Below, in pieces: positions 47,818 through 57,223 of a stretch of 64,000 nt of DNA. The notes under the pieces are model-generated. The model worked only from the letters and a program-made list of their open reading frames with translations, ran no database searches and was not told where the DNA came from. How positions within the stretch are numbered: the first letter of the stretch is position 1; every line of letters begins with the position of its first letter. Source of the stretch: an uncultured Pseudomonadota bacterium (GTDB lineage Bacteria; Pseudomonadota; Alphaproteobacteria; Rs-D84). The stretch covers positions 400,958 to 464,957 of the forward strand of contig CACYHO010000001.1 in the NCBI GenBank assembly GCA_902774285.1, written 5' to 3'. Position numbers and translations under genes: made by a program.

Positions 47818-48576
47818 TTATTCCGCATTGCCACACGTTGTATCATCACACACATAATAATCAGTATTGTTATATTTGATTTTTAAATGTTGGACAGAAT
47901 CTTTGTTCATCACCGTTTCGATTGTTGTCATATTTGCATAAAATATATCATTCCCAACACGTATGTTTAACGAAGGTGTCGTTTGTTTGGTTTGTTTTAA
48001 ATAAATATTATCATTTCCAACGTGTAATATATGCGGATAACAAACCGCAGAACCGGTTGGGGCAAATGTGTTATTGGCGCATTGTTCAATACCCTGTGGT
48101 GTTATTTCATTAAAAGTCAAATTTCCACCTGGACAATAATGGTCGTTCAAACATTTCCTGCATTCATCAATATTTGCCGGTAAATAATATCCCGGATTAC
48201 AATTATGAATATTTGGGGTAAAAGTTGCCGTAATATTTGAAACGTTATTATATGCTCTCAAAAAATTTTCTTTACAACCGTTTCTTATATTTTCTGTGAC
48301 TTGTATCTTGAATTTATTTCCTTGGTCATATTCTTCATTAAAGGTAAAGTTTCCCCCATTACAATCATAAACATCGGGACACACCACACAACCATCATTA
48401 TTTGCCGGAACATAATATCCGGAATTACATTGGTATTGGTTCGGGGTAAATGTAGCAAATAAATACGTATCAGTATTCAAACCAGACGAACAACCATTTG
48501 GAATGTTTGACATAATCAAATCGTCCGCAAATGCGGGTATTGGTATTATTAAAAATAATAACCATTTGTGTTTCAT
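47818..48576 (-). CDS. Secreted Cys-rich repeat protein
   Basis: Signal peptide; CNSGYY..C..CP..C.GG repeated twice; C-terminal LHVG..TTPSL..RVG domain. Confidence 0.7.
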   Translation of the reverse strand: MKHKWLLFLIIPIPAFADDLIMSNIPNGCSSGLNTDTYLFATFTPNQYQCNSGYYVPANNDGCVVCPDVYDCNGGNFTFNEEYDQGNKFKIQVTENIRNGCKENFLRAYNNVSNITATFTPNIHNCNPGYYLPANIDECRKCLNDHYCPGGNLTFNEITPQGIEQCANNTFAPTGSAVCYPHILHVGNDNIYLKQTKQTTPSLNIRVGNDIFYANMTTIETVMNKDSVQHLKIKYNNTDYYVCDDTTCGNAE

Positions 48577-49355
48577 TATTCAGTAATTACAGGTCCGGCA
48601 ATAAATTGACCAGTACCGGCGTTGTAATAAAATTTAGCTTCAACTCTATCAAATAGACAAGGAACTCCATTCGTATCAAGAACAGGGATAAAATCACGAA
48701 CAAGAGTATTATTTTCATATATTTTTGTGTAATATATTCGTGCTTTTGCTTTTTGTGTGTAATTACCGTTTCCATAATTATCTGCAAACAATGCGAAAGA
48801 ATTGAGGGTATAATATGGTATATTGTTTTTAGAATAAGATACCCCATTAATTGTTTTTGTGAACACACCGTCTGTTTGGGACATTTCTAATACGTACGTA
48901 TTGCTTGTATTGACTGCGGTACAAAAAGAATTTTGAGTTGTATTTTGTGCATGCCAAATACATGTTTCTGTGTTTTTTAATGTAGCGATAAAAGTCCATG
49001 GTCTACCAGCACTTGCTTCTGTTTCGGCACCAGACAAACAAGAGTTTTCATAGGATGTCGGTTGAAATTTGATAATGACTTTTGAATTTGGGTGAGAAAA
49101 AACCACTCCTGTGTCTATAGCTTGTGTTCCTGTGGATTCTAAATATTCAACTGGTATATAATTTGATATTTTCCATCCTGTAAAGGTATATCCATATCTT
49201 GTCGGGGGTGTGGACGGTAAAATTAAATCACTGTTAATTTCACATGTTGAATCTTGGTATGTTGTTCCGTCATAATTTAACCAGTGCAGGTTTATTGTAT
49301 CGGCAAATGCAAAACCGATAAACATTAATGATAATAATACAACAAACCGTTTCAT
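48576..49355 (-). CDS. Secreted protein with InlB B-repeat-like segment and lectin/LamG-like domain
   Basis: Start MKRFVVLL at 49355; TPPTRYGYTFTGW; EYLESTGTQAIDTG...LVRDFIPV...FYYNAGTGQF. Confidence 0.7.
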   Translation of the reverse strand: MKRFVVLLSLMFIGFAFADTINLHWLNYDGTTYQDSTCEINSDLILPSTPPTRYGYTFTGWKISNYIPVEYLESTGTQAIDTGVVFSHPNSKVIIKFQPTSYENSCLSGAETEASAGRPWTFIATLKNTETCIWHAQNTTQNSFCTAVNTSNTYVLEMSQTDGVFTKTINGVSYSKNNIPYYTLNSFALFADNYGNGNYTQKAKARIYYTKIYENNTLVRDFIPVLDTNGVPCLFDRVEAKFYYNAGTGQFIAGPVITE

Positions 49356-49380
49356 TTGATTTTTCCCCCAACACAAACCA

Positions 49381-49555
49381 AAAAGAACCGCCAGAGAAAA
49401 ATCAAAGGCGGTTGGAGGCTAGAAGCAATTCAGTACGAAATTGCGCGCTTATTCAATATATTCGCGACCCTCCAACCACGGGTTGGAGGCATTTTACGTC
49501 TGCTTTCGACGCGTACTCAATGGGCTTCTAGTCCCATCAGCAAAACTCTTGCTGA
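49381..49555 (-). promoter_or_regulatory. Structured leader with attenuator (1:2, 2:3, 3:4) architecture
   Basis: CCTCCAACC/GGTTGGAGG hairpin, second CCTCCAACC forming the 5' arm of terminator AACCGCC/GGCGGTT plus U tract. Confidence 0.6.
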
Positions 49556-49622
49556 CAATGTGATTTTGGCACATTTATATAGAAAAATAAAGTAATAAAT
49601 TTAAAAGTGCCGTAATATGCCC

Positions 49623-49700
49623 TTGACTTTTATGTCAATTTGTGATATTATATAACACATCAAGAATAGAAATTTTGCCCGCAATATTGCGGCTTTTTTT
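49623..49700 (+). promoter_or_regulatory. Promoter of phage-like cluster followed by a leader terminator
   Basis: TTGACT-N17-TATTAT (TGn); CCGCA-ATAT-TGCGG plus T7 at 49677-49700. Confidence 0.65.
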
Positions 49701-49763
49701 ATTCAATATTTTTGCCTGCACTTTTTGTGCGGGCTTTTTTTAACAAAAAAACAGGTCTTGAAC

Positions 49764-50174
49764 ATGCAGTTAAATTTAATAACAAATAACGATGATACAC
49801 AAATCGTATCATATAAATTGGCACGTATAATATTTGCAGAAACAGATGCTTTGTCTTTGCAAATAGTGGAAGCAATGGCTTCGATGATTAACAATATTCA
49901 TATTAAATATGATAAATCATTTGAATCTATTGCAAAAGATAATGATTTATTTGAATGTTTAAATTCAAAATCATCACGTAATAAAAATTTAAATGTTGCT
50001 GCAAATGACAGAAAATTCCAAATGTGTTTGCGTGTTGTTCAAACAATGATGCGTGGTAATTTACAAGATACTGTATTCGGTGCAACAAAATTTCATCATG
50101 CAAATATTATTCCACAATGGGCAATGTCACGTGGATATATATCGGAATGTGAAGATATTTTGTTTTATTTGTAA
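49764..50174 (+). CDS. SleB/Hydrolase_2-like cell wall hydrolase (endolysin-like)
   Basis: LARIIFAE, FECLN, GATKFHH...PQWA...ILFY. Confidence 0.75.
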   Translation: MQLNLITNNDDTQIVSYKLARIIFAETDALSLQIVEAMASMINNIHIKYDKSFESIAKDNDLFECLNSKSSRNKNLNVAANDRKFQMCLRVVQTMMRGNLQDTVFGATKFHHANIIPQWAMSRGYISECEDILFYL

Positions 50175-50188
50175 ATAAAGGATAAACG

Positions 50189-50407
50189 ATGAATAAAATA
50201 ATAAAAGGTGGATATTTACAAGACAAAAAAACTTATGTTGTATCAAGTGTCGGAATAATATCTGCCGTTGGTGCTTATTTAATCGGCGATGAAGATATTT
50301 TTACAATGATGCAAACAATATTTACATTAGGCGGTATTTATTTTCTTAAACAAGAATCTTCAACCAAAGGAAAAAACAATGGAAAACGTTCCAGAAAAAT
50401 TTCTTGA
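50189..50407 (+). CDS. Holin-like small membrane protein
   Basis: KKTY then two hydrophobic segments and a basic tail; follows the hydrolase. Confidence 0.55.
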   Translation: MNKIIKGGYLQDKKTYVVSSVGIISAVGAYLIGDEDIFTMMQTIFTLGGIYFLKQESSTKGKNNGKRSRKIS

Positions 50408-51035
50408 TGACAAAGGTGAATTAAACACATCGGCGTTAGTAAAATCATATTGTGAATTAGAAAAAAAGATGAGCAATATGATTTCTGTTCCAAATGATGA
50501 CAGTGATGAAAATGTAAAACAAAAATTTAATCATGCAATTGGTGTTCCAGAAAATGCTTCTGAATATCCAACGAACGATTTGTTCGATGACGAATCGGTT
50601 CGTAATAAATTTCATGAAATTGGTTTAACAAAAAAACAAGTTGAACAAATTTATTCTATCGCTGAAGAATTTTTACAACCAACATTAAAAAATTTATTTG
50701 AATTACAAAATCAAACAAATGCGATTAATGAATTAAAAAATTTTTTTGGTGGAACAGAAAAAATGAATGATGCATTGCGTGAAATAAAAGCATTCGGTGA
50801 AAAATATTTACCAGCATCTGCGTTTGAAGAGCTGTGTGCTACACCCCAGGGAATACAAGGCGTGTACAAAATGATGCAATCTTTTGAACCGACAGTTTTA
50901 ACAGATAAAAATGTATCAGAAAATTTAACTGATGATATGTTGCGTAACATGATGCGTGATCCAAAATATTGGCGTGATCAAGATCCAGAATATGTTCGTA
51001 AAATTGAAAATGGTTTTAAGAAATTATATTCATAA
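50379..51035 (+). CDS. Capsid scaffolding/assembly protein (podovirus-type)
   Basis: VPEKF...LVKSY.ELEKK...GVPE; C-terminal MRDPKYWRDQDPEYVRKIENGFKKLY. Confidence 0.78.
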   Translation: MENVPEKFLDDKGELNTSALVKSYCELEKKMSNMISVPNDDSDENVKQKFNHAIGVPENASEYPTNDLFDDESVRNKFHEIGLTKKQVEQIYSIAEEFLQPTLKNLFELQNQTNAINELKNFFGGTEKMNDALREIKAFGEKYLPASAFEELCATPQGIQGVYKMMQSFEPTVLTDKNVSENLTDDMLRNMMRDPKYWRDQDPEYVRKIENGFKKLYS

Positions 51036-51132
51036 ATAATTTTTATTCTTTACTATTTGTTTTGATTCATATAAAATATGATTAAGAACAAAATAAATTT
51101 TGTTCTATCCAAAACATAATAAGGAGAGAATC

Positions 51133-51426
51133 ATGTTCTTTAGTTCAAAGAAAAAATGTGCATGTGCAAAAGCTGCTGCTAAACCAGCTGCAAAAAAAGC
51201 ACCTGCAAAAAAAGTTGCTGCTAAAAAACCAGCTGCAAAAAAACCAGTTGCTAAAAAACCTGTAGCAAAAAAACCAGTTGCAAAAAAAGTAGTTGCAAAA
51301 AAAGCTCCTGCTAAAAAACCAGCTGCAAAAAAAGTAGTTGCTAAAAAAGCTCCTGCTAAAAAACCAGCTGCAAAAAAAGCACCTGCTAAAAAACCAGCTG
51401 CAAAAAAAGTAGTTAAGAAAAAATAA
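51133..51426 (+). CDS. Histone H1-like Lys/Ala/Pro-rich DNA-binding protein
   Basis: Repeats of [15 protein letters not shown]; RBS AAGGAG. Confidence 0.8.
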   Translation: MFFSSKKKCACAKAAAKPAAKKAPAKKVAAKKPAAKKPVAKKPVAKKPVAKKVVAKKAPAKKPAAKKVVAKKAPAKKPAAKKAPAKKPAAKKVVKKK

Positions 51427-51669
51427 GAATTTGCGCAAATATTTTGCGTGATTTTTTATATGTCATCCCCAAAGCGTTTGTTTTGGGGATTTTTTTGATA
51501 AATTTTTCAGTTAGATATTATATGTCTAACTGAATTTTTTATTGGATAATCCATTTTTGGACCCTTTTTTGTGTTTTGTATTTATGGCGCGATATTTTTC
51601 GCACAACCATTAATCAAAATTTTTCAAATGCGCGTAAGCGTTTTTTAATTTAAACAAAAAGGATTTCTT

Positions 51670-52491
51670 ATGTCTATGTCTGTAGATCAAGTGTTTATAA
51701 AACAATTTGAAGCAGATGTTCATTTGGCTTATCAGCAAATGGGCACAAAATTACGCTCTACAATTCGTAGTAAATCTGGGGTTGTGGGGACTTCTACTAC
51801 TTTCCAAAAAGTTGGCAAAGGTATTGCCAGCACAAAATCACGTCATGGGATTGTTCCTGTGATGAATTTGAATCACACACCTGTTGAATGCACATTGCAA
51901 GATTATTATGCAGGCGATTGGGTTGATGCATTGGATGAATTGAAAACTAATGTTGATGAACGTCGTGTAGTCGCTTCTGCTGGTGCTTATGCTTTGGGTC
52001 GCAAAACAGATGAATTAATCATCAATGCTATGAATTCTGCAACACAATATGTTGGTGATTATTCAACAGGTTTAACAAAAGCTATGATCATGGCTGCTTT
52101 GGAAAAATTGAACGCAAACGATGTTCCAGATGATGGTCGCAGATTTGCTGTTGTTGGTGTTCACCAATGGAACGAATTGTTGAAATTAGACGAATTCGTT
52201 TCTTCTGATTATGTTGGCGGTTCTACACCTTTGGTAGATGGTTGCGAATCACGTAAATGGTTGGGTGTTAATTGGATTTTATGCAATGCATTGCCATTAA
52301 GCAGCGACGATCGTGATTGCTTTATGTATCACGCATCCAGTATCGGTCATGCTTGTGGTCAAGAAGTTAAAACAGATATCACATGGCATGGTGAACGTGC
52401 CGCTCACTTTATCAGCAACAGCATGTCTCAAGGCGCTGTTTTGATTGATAACGATGGTATCGTTCGTTTGAAATGTGATGATGACGCATAA
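51670..52491 (+). CDS. Major capsid protein (BPP-1-like podoviral family)
   Basis: SVDQVFIKQFEADVHLAYQQMGTKLR, DWVDALDELK, ALGRKTDELII, WLGVNW. Confidence 0.88.
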   Translation: MSMSVDQVFIKQFEADVHLAYQQMGTKLRSTIRSKSGVVGTSTTFQKVGKGIASTKSRHGIVPVMNLNHTPVECTLQDYYAGDWVDALDELKTNVDERRVVASAGAYALGRKTDELIINAMNSATQYVGDYSTGLTKAMIMAALEKLNANDVPDDGRRFAVVGVHQWNELLKLDEFVSSDYVGGSTPLVDGCESRKWLGVNWILCNALPLSSDDRDCFMYHASSIGHACGQEVKTDITWHGERAAHFISNSMSQGAVLIDNDGIVRLKCDDDA

Positions 52492-52516
52492 TAACTTGTA
52501 ACCAAAAGGAAAAAAG

Positions 52517-52747
52517 ATGGCTTTTCAAAATAAAAACTTGTCCGTGATTGCATACGCAAACGGTTTTACTTTGTGGCATTATAAAGAAAACGCAACATTG
52601 GCAACAATAACTGCATCTGGATATTTTTCCAGTTTGAAAAATCTTATGAACACAGGCGATATCATTTTAATCAATGGTTCAAATGGTTCTTCGATTAAAG
52701 TTATTACAGTTGCAGAAGGTGTTGTAACTGTTGGTGCGTTATCATAA
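52517..52747 (+). CDS. Small capsid-associated (decoration-like) protein
   Basis: LWHY...ATITASGYF...GDIILI; position directly after the capsid gene. Confidence 0.6.
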   Translation: MAFQNKNLSVIAYANGFTLWHYKENATLATITASGYFSSLKNLMNTGDIILINGSNGSSIKVITVAEGVVTVGALS

Positions 52748-52810
52748 TAATTTCTTCGTTGAATAGTGTTGGGGGATATTTATCCCCCATTTTTTATTTA
52801 ATAAATAGGT

Positions 52811-53335
52811 GTGAATATGTTTACAAAAATAGATTTATGTTCAATGGCATTATTAAAATTGGGCGAAAAACCAATTCAATCGTGGCGTGAAGACAGTGCC
52901 AGTGCACAATTGGCCAGAACGTTGTTTGATCCAACGGTTGATACTTTGTTATCAATGTTTCCATGGCGTTTTGCCACAAAAACTTTAGTTTTAAATAAAA
53001 CACAAGATGGCGATTTTGTAATTCCAAGTGAAGTATTAAGAATTTTAAAATGTAATGGTCAAATTATAGGCAACAGAATCAAAGCCGCAGAAAATACAAT
53101 AACAATATTGGCTGTTGTTAAAACAGAACCAGAAATGTTCCCTGGGTATTTTGCAACATTGGTCGCCACGAAATTGGCAATGGAATTCTGTATTCCGCTT
53201 ATTGGCGATGCAAATGTATTTAAAATGATGACCGCATTATACGAATCAGAATATCAATCTGCAAAATTCATAGACAGTACAACATCAAAACAATCAAATA
53301 TTGGAAGTTTTTCTTTGATAGATTCCAGATTTTAA
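52811..53335 (+). CDS. Tail adaptor / tubular protein A-like
   Basis: IDLCSMALLKLGE..I...LL..PWRFA...LA.E. Confidence 0.75.
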   Translation: MNMFTKIDLCSMALLKLGEKPIQSWREDSASAQLARTLFDPTVDTLLSMFPWRFATKTLVLNKTQDGDFVIPSEVLRILKCNGQIIGNRIKAAENTITILAVVKTEPEMFPGYFATLVATKLAMEFCIPLIGDANVFKMMTALYESEYQSAKFIDSTTSKQSNIGSFSLIDSRF

Positions 53336-53353
53336 ATAACAAGGAGTTTTTAT

Positions 53354-55066
53354 ATGGGGAATTTTCTTAAAACACAAAATTCTTTTTCAAACGGAGAAGT
53401 TGCGCCTGAATTTTATGCGTTAAATAATGTTCATGGACTTTCTGTGCTTGAAAATATGGATGTTTTGCAATCTGGTGGATTAAAACGTAGACCCGGGTTG
53501 AAACAAATAGCACAAATACCACAAGATGCTATATTGGTGCCTTTTAAAATAAGCGAAACAGAAAAATATTTGTTGGTGATGTATGGCCAAACCATAGATG
53601 TATATGAAAATGATATAAAAATAACAACGATTACAACTTCATGGACCGATATCAATCTAAAGCAAATGCAATATGCACAAAGATTTAATACTATATTTTT
53701 TGTATTTAATAATCTTAAACCACAGATGCTTACAAAAGATGCCGATGGTTTTCATATAAAACAATTCAGTTTTTATGTTAACCAAAATATGAGTATAAAT
53801 ATTCCATTTATGCGTTTTGATGATATGGATGGGGTGTCGATTACTATTTCAAACAGTGATATTGATAATAATCATGCAGTTTTTACTACTAATAAAGATT
53901 TATGGTCGGCAGATTGGGTTGGTGAACGTTTGTTGGTTAATGACATTCAATGGATTGTACAATCTGTTCAAAGTGCCCGTTCTGTAACAGTTTATACAAA
54001 CAGCGGTTTTTCATTTCCTGGGACGCCGCTGTATGATTGGTATGTTGCAGCATTCAGTGCTAAACGCGGTTGGCCAATGTCTGTGTCTTTTCATCAGAAC
54101 AGACTTGTTTTTGGTGGAACAAAGTCGGCACCGAATAACTTATGGATGTCAAAAGTTGGCGATTATACTAATTTTGATACAGGTACTGGGTTAGATGATG
54201 ATGCAATTTTCTTGACTTTATTATCTTCACAACATCACCAAATATCTACGATAGTCAGCAGTGATAATTTACAAATATTAACTTCTGTTGGTGAATGGGC
54301 AATTTCAAATGCACCGTTAACGCCATCAAATGTTAATGTTAAACAACACACGTCTGTGGGCAGTACAACAAGTACATATTTGCCACCACAACAGATAGAA
54401 GGTGCAACTGTTTTTATATCTCAATCAGGCAAAGATGTACGAGAATTAGATTTAGATGATTTAAGCCAACATTATAATGCAAACGATTTGTGTTTGTTTT
54501 CTAAACACTTGATGAACAATCCATCAAGTATAGCTTTCAATCAATCAACACATCAATTGTTTGTTGTGATGGAAGACGGCTATATGGCTGTTTTGAATAA
54601 ACATCCAAACACAGAAATTAATGCGTGGGGAAAATATATAACAGATGGACACTTTAAATATGTGTCTGTGTTTGATAATAACACATACGTTGTTGTTAAA
54701 CGCCAAGATAAATTTTATTTAGAAAAATTTGATTCAGATTGCCTGGCAGATTGTCAAACATACAATTTTACATACAGAATATCTGCTTTCCCGATGATTG
54801 TTAATAATCATAACCCAAAGAAAATTCGGGCACGTAAAGTATCTGTGCGTGTAATAGATACAAAAACATTATTCATCAATAGTTACCGTGTTGAAATTCC
54901 AAATTATGTTTATGAAACAGGTAGTTCTGGATATAACGGTGATTTAACCATTAATTTATTAGGTGGTCAAATTAACACGATAGAACCTTTGTGGACGTTG
55001 TCCAGCAGTGAACAATTAAATGCAACGATATTATCTGTCACTGTGGATGGATGGTATTCAATTTAA
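53354..55066 (+). CDS. Tail nozzle / tubular protein B-like
   Basis: QNSFSNGEVAP, GGLKRRPG, GWP.SVSFHQNRLVFGG, LWMSKVGDY.NF. Confidence 0.85.
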   Translation: MGNFLKTQNSFSNGEVAPEFYALNNVHGLSVLENMDVLQSGGLKRRPGLKQIAQIPQDAILVPFKISETEKYLLVMYGQTIDVYENDIKITTITTSWTDINLKQMQYAQRFNTIFFVFNNLKPQMLTKDADGFHIKQFSFYVNQNMSINIPFMRFDDMDGVSITISNSDIDNNHAVFTTNKDLWSADWVGERLLVNDIQWIVQSVQSARSVTVYTNSGFSFPGTPLYDWYVAAFSAKRGWPMSVSFHQNRLVFGGTKSAPNNLWMSKVGDYTNFDTGTGLDDDAIFLTLLSSQHHQISTIVSSDNLQILTSVGEWAISNAPLTPSNVNVKQHTSVGSTTSTYLPPQQIEGATVFISQSGKDVRELDLDDLSQHYNANDLCLFSKHLMNNPSSIAFNQSTHQLFVVMEDGYMAVLNKHPNTEINAWGKYITDGHFKYVSVFDNNTYVVVKRQDKFYLEKFDSDCLADCQTYNFTYRISAFPMIVNNHNPKKIRARKVSVRVIDTKTLFINSYRVEIPNYVYETGSSGYNGDLTINLLGGQINTIEPLWTLSSSEQLNATILSVTVDGWYSI

Positions 55067-55081
55067 CAAGGAGATTAAAAT

Positions 55082-55429
55082 ATGGGACAATTAGTATCAG
55101 ATGTAACAAAAGTTTTAGATTATAAAGAATCTAAAAAATCAGCAGAAAATCAAAGACAACAAATACTTGCGCAAATGGCGGCAGACGAAGCTACAAAAAC
55201 AAATTTGATAAAAAAAGCATTGTCTGCGCAACGCGCAAAATATGGTGCGTCGGGTAATACTGGTTCTGGTTTGTCAGAAAGTGCAGTGTTAAAACGTTTG
55301 CGCGAAGAAACTGCAAAACCGTACGACGAAAAATATCAAGAAAATATAGAAAAAATTAAAAAGTTAAAAGTAAAAAAACCAAACATACTTAAAACATGGT
55401 TGTCTAACATAGATAAAATAGCAGGATAG
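55082..55429 (+). CDS. Internal virion protein-like
   Basis: QRAKYGASG..GSG..AVL motif typical of small podoviral core proteins; synteny. Confidence 0.55.
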   Translation: MGQLVSDVTKVLDYKESKKSAENQRQQILAQMAADEATKTNLIKKALSAQRAKYGASGNTGSGLSESAVLKRLREETAKPYDEKYQENIEKIKKLKVKKPNILKTWLSNIDKIAG

Positions 55430-55438
55430 GGGGCGTAA

Positions 55439-55975
55439 ATGTATAAAATCTCTTATGTTGGGGACGGAGAAACAACAGAATTCACGTTTTCTTTTCCGTT
55501 CTTTCAAGAATCTGATATCAAGGTAAGCATTGATAATGAAATATTAAATAATACCCAATATGATGTTAATCCAAATGATGATTTTACCGGTGGTATAGTT
55601 GTGTTCGCAAATGCCCCGACAAGTAATCAAAACATAGATATATTTCGTCAGGTAGATTTATCACGTGTGATTGATTATCAACCAACATCAAAAATAGATC
55701 CAGAAGATTTAAATTCTGACTTTAATTTTTTATTGGCTGCATTGCAGGATATAAGAACAATAGATATCGATTTAGCACAATGGTCAAATGTTCATGATAA
55801 TCTTTTGAATAAAATAGATTATGTCATAGACACCATAGAAGATAAAATGTCAGGCGGCGCGATATTGGGTTTATATTATAATCTGGTATCTGTATTGGAA
55901 GATTTAATAAATGATTATGGTTCTGTTGATGAAGATGCAGACGATGAAAACAATGACGATTACGGAAGCATTTAG
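55439..55975 (+). CDS. Tail-fibre N-terminal adaptor domain only (T7 gp17 N-like)
   Basis: YVGDGETTEFTFSFPFF...IKV...R; EDLNSDF; no distal fibre domain. Confidence 0.7.
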   Translation: MYKISYVGDGETTEFTFSFPFFQESDIKVSIDNEILNNTQYDVNPNDDFTGGIVVFANAPTSNQNIDIFRQVDLSRVIDYQPTSKIDPEDLNSDFNFLLAALQDIRTIDIDLAQWSNVHDNLLNKIDYVIDTIEDKMSGGAILGLYYNLVSVLEDLINDYGSVDEDADDENNDDYGSI

Positions 55976-56552
55976 TTTTTTAGACGCTTGGAATAAAATT
56001 TTAGGCTTTAAAACACCAGAGCATCATAAACAGATAATAAGTTTTCTGGTTGATGTGTTTAACAATGAACCGCGTCGCGGTCTGTTAAACGCTTTCCGAC
56101 ATTCTGGTAAATCGACAGTTGTGGGTGTTTTTGCAGCTTGTGTTTTATATCATAAGCCAGAAAGCAGAATTTTGATATTATCTGCAGAATCAGGGTTGGC
56201 ATCACGTATGGTTGCCCATATAAAAAATATACTTGAAAATCATCCGTGGTGTGAAGGTGTTGTACCAGAAGTAAAAAAAGAATGGGGTTCGCATAAAATA
56301 ACAATTAACAGACCTGTTGGAATTCGCGAACCTTCTGTTATTTGTCAGGGTATTTCTGGAAATATAACTGGTATGCGTGCAGATTTGATAATATGTGATG
56401 ACGTCGAAGTTCCGAATACGTGTAATACGGCACAAAAAAGGGTGAACCTGCGTGAAAGATTGCGCGAACTTGATTTTATACTATCGCCAAAGGGAACAAT
56501 GATTTTCATTGGAACCCCACATACACAAGACACAATATATAAAGTCGAATAA
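55953..56552 (+). CDS. Large terminase, N-terminal ATPase half
   Basis: AFRHSGKST (Walker A), ITGMRADLIICDDVE (Walker B), IGTPHT, then stop; start 55944 or 55953. Confidence 0.85.
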   Translation: MTITEAFSFLDAWNKILGFKTPEHHKQIISFLVDVFNNEPRRGLLNAFRHSGKSTVVGVFAACVLYHKPESRILILSAESGLASRMVAHIKNILENHPWCEGVVPEVKKEWGSHKITINRPVGIREPSVICQGISGNITGMRADLIICDDVEVPNTCNTAQKRVNLRERLRELDFILSPKGTMIFIGTPHTQDTIYKVE

Positions 56553-56553
56553 T

Positions 56554-57195
56554 TTATGAAAGAGATGACATAAATGTGCGAAGCTTTGCAAGCATTTCAT
56601 TACCCGCATCACCAAACATAGGAAGATATGTTTCGAACTCTGGCATGTCTGCTTGAATTTGTGCGCGGTTACGTTCGGATAATGTTTCTGATAATAATTC
56701 TTTGGCACTGTCCCAAATGCGATAAGCTTTATCTGTTTGTGCAACAACTTTCCATTTAGAAATCATGTCTTTGTCATGTGCGATTGCAGATTTAATATCT
56801 TCAACCCAATCATTACCAAATTTCTGAATGAATGTTAATTGTCTGATAGTATTCAAACCATCAATTGTTGGCTGGAATTCTTCCAGTGCATGTTTCAATT
56901 GATTGATTTCATCTTCGGTCAACGAAATATTTGCTTTTCGGTCAGACATCAAACCACCATATGGCAACAAATCTTTGTCTATAGTATCCATAGGTGTTTT
57001 ACCACTGCGCAGATTATTTATATGTGTAACGAGTTTTTTGCCTGTTGGCATAGATTCTAATTCGGCTATAACCTGGTCATCATTAGATTCTGTGATAAAA
57101 ACTTTGTTAACAGCAGCCCATCCGCCATCAATAACGTGAGCTTGACGATAAAGGTTCAATAAACGCTGTGCGATTGTATGTGCTTGTTGTTGCAT
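56554..57195 (-). CDS. Hypothetical protein
   Basis: 213-aa ORF, RBS GGGGAG; co-oriented with the HTH gene and dnaB. Confidence 0.7.
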   Translation of the reverse strand: MQQQAHTIAQRLLNLYRQAHVIDGGWAAVNKVFITESNDDQVIAELESMPTGKKLVTHINNLRSGKTPMDTIDKDLLPYGGLMSDRKANISLTEDEINQLKHALEEFQPTIDGLNTIRQLTFIQKFGNDWVEDIKSAIAHDKDMISKWKVVAQTDKAYRIWDSAKELLSETLSERNRAQIQADMPEFETYLPMFGDAGNEMLAKLRTFMSSLS

Positions 57196-57223
57196 TTTAT
57201 CTCTCCCCAGGTTATAAAGTGCT

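Noticed and set aside
49497-49555. Hammerhead ribozyme (CTGATG...GAAA on the minus strand)
   Set aside because: Core reads CUGAUGG rather than CUGANGA, and stems I and III cannot be formed around a UH site
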